DNA from: Adineta vaga
Lineage: Eukaryota; Animalia; Rotifera
Assembly (NCBI GenBank): GCA_021613535.1
Contig: CP075492.1
Coordinates: 6,696,001 to 6,760,000 of the forward strand
DNA length: 64,000 nt
Direction of reading: 5' to 3'
Below the pieces are notes generated by a model. That model was not told the origin of the DNA and searched no databases. It saw only the letters and a list, made by a program, of their open reading frames with translations. Shown one piece after another: positions 61,994 to 64,000 of this stretch. The position numbers and the translations under genes were made by a program. How positions within the stretch are numbered: position 1 is the stretch's first letter; the number at the start of each line of letters is the position of its first letter.

Positions 61994-64000
61994 ATGGTGG
62001 AACGATGTGGAATGCAACGTTCATCATTTCTAAATAATGATATGCCAATTCATAAATGTATTAATGAACATAAATTTCTTTTCATAATGTCTTCAACATT
62101 CTTTTATTTTTCGTTAGCTATTCCTATGGAAAAATTAGATTTTATTGAATCAAATCAAGTAAAACTTCTCTGTTATCATACTCCACGTCGATTTTGTGTA
62201 TATCTTCGACAAAAAATCGATATACATGCAAAGGTACATTCTTTAAAACATTTAACTATAAATCCAATTACTAATTTGATAAGTTTTAGTTTCAAATCGA
62301 ATTGCAACGTACAATGCAAAGCTATCAATCAATATCATCACCAACATCGAATTATGAACGTTATCAAGCAATTGCTGCTCAAGATAATCATGCTGTATGG
62401 CATCGAGCTATTATATTAGGTAAAGATTTGTAATTTAATTCGAATCATTTCAATGGAACTTATTATTTGATTTTAATTACAAAGATATTCATTTAAATTC
62501 AACGAAAGTTCGTGTTTATTTTGTTGATTTTGGAGAAGAAGAAAATATTTCCATGACAAACATTCGTCCATTACCACAAGAATTTGCTCGACAACCAGCA
62601 TTTGCTATTCCATGTCGTTTATATGATACATGTCCACTATATGGAAATGAACAATCAATTTGGAATTCAGATGATCCAGTACATGAAGAATTTAGTCGAC
62701 ATATGACTAATATGGTTCATTGTAAAGTTTGTGAAGTTGTTGATCATACTTGTTATGATGTACAAATCGATGTTCCTGGTAAGTATCAAATGTTTCGATT
62801 ATTATCAATTTAAATGAAATAAATGATAATAAGATCATCGACTTATGAGAATTTGATCATCATTTATTCTTTTATATTATGAATCATATAGACTCGCAAG
62901 TTGATCGTCCCCTTTGAAAGAGTTTTAAATGAAGATAAATTCGATTATCAGCGTCATCTATTATGATAATCGAAATTTATCTCCCTGATTTGTTTATATT
63001 AAATTCTGGGTAAAAATGTCGTTATGCGAACAATTTTTCGTTTTCTTTTCTTCTTTTGAATCCAATATTGTATCTCTTTCTTGCTAGGAGGAAAAAAATA
63101 CGTACATTATTTTCTCCATGTGCGATCTCGATAAGAATTTAACTAAGAGAGATATAAACTTATCGATAAGTATAAAGATATTTTTCATTTCAGACGTGGG
63201 AGATTTGGGAATATTTCTTTGGAATAAAAAACTTGTCTCTCGTATAACAATGCAAACATCTCAAACAAATATGTATAATACAAATCCCTCACCACAACAG
63301 CAATCGTTTGGACGAATACCGCCAGGCTATTCAGGTTTACCGCCTCCGATACAGCAATTACAATCACAACGATTAACACCGCAAAATGACTATTACAATA
63401 GTTCGAATAATCCAACTCAACAAGTACAAACACATTCCATACAAAAACCGATTGTTCAACAATCTTCAAGTGCATCGTAAGTTATATGAAGAAATAAGAT
63501 TTCTACTAAAGTCTATGTGAAATTCGTTTAGAACATTTATTGATTCATCATCGGATACTCGTTCTCTTCCATTGCGTATGTTATCTACAAGAAAAGTTTT
63601 ATTTTATCGTGTCAAATTGATTTCTGTGTTTCTTTTTAGAAGATGGACATTATATCATAACACAAGTTTATAGTGCTGTTGAATTCTATGGTTGTTCACA
63701 TGGACGTGAAAAAGAATTGAACGCATTACAGAATCATTTTGAAGAGATGTTTAATAGTAGCAATGTTAATGATCAATCGTTAAGTGTTCATCTATTAATG
63801 GAAGGTACATTATGTGTAATTCAACAAGGAGATAAATATCATCGTGTTGTAATAAAGTAAATGAATGCGTTACAAAGGCAAAATGAAAATCATCGAAATG
63901 TTTTCTATTTTTTAGACATCGTGAAAGTGAATCACGTGTATCAGTTAAACTTATCGATCGTGGTGATGAACTTATTGTTGATACATCAGAATTATTACAA
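61994..64000 (+). CDS. Multi-Tudor domain protein (TDRD-like, extended Tudor); 3' end beyond the window
   Basis: HTPRRFCVYL; AVWHRAIIL|D..VRVYFVDFGEEE..IRPLPQEFARQPAFAIPCRL; a second Tudor starts at GTLCVIQQGDKYHRVVI..VKLIDRGDE. Confidence 0.88.

Overview
AT-rich, gene-dense eukaryotic (animal) DNA with many ~45-60 nt GT-AG introns. The compact introns, innexin, fungal-type genes and B-box family best fit a bdelloid rotifer (inference). About 28 protein-coding genes can be spliced by hand: a Tctex-1 dynein light chain, ABCD1/2, an oxytocin/vasopressin-neurophysin precursor missed by the ORF track (peptide CYITNCPIG-NH2), a RING-H2 protein, a BRAT1-like protein, a FAM20C-like kinase, a fungal-type AlkB-family dioxygenase, TMED10, an innexin, a LIV-1 ZIP transporter, ARL8, an intronless fungal-type flavin oxidoreductase, MED7, a GNAT, a two-domain mini-protocadherin, two tandem PPxY-bearing unknown-domain genes, a SAM/SAMD3-like gene, two head-to-head MARVEL-like genes, Mondo/ChREBP, MTHFD1, PP5 and the 5' part of a Tudor protein. 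The most unusual region is 54.4-60.7 kb. Two tandem paralogues there fuse a B-box and coiled coil to a W2 (eIF4G/eIF5/eIF2B-epsilon)-like domain that has lost its acidic residues. Between them lies a Helitron-like structure: two 310-bp 3' termini, a degenerate 34-bp array and an intact RING-less BRAP2-like ZnF-UBP/coiled-coil gene. A piggyBac-type MITE sits in a Mondo intron. All family assignments come from motif recognition by eye; no searches were run.
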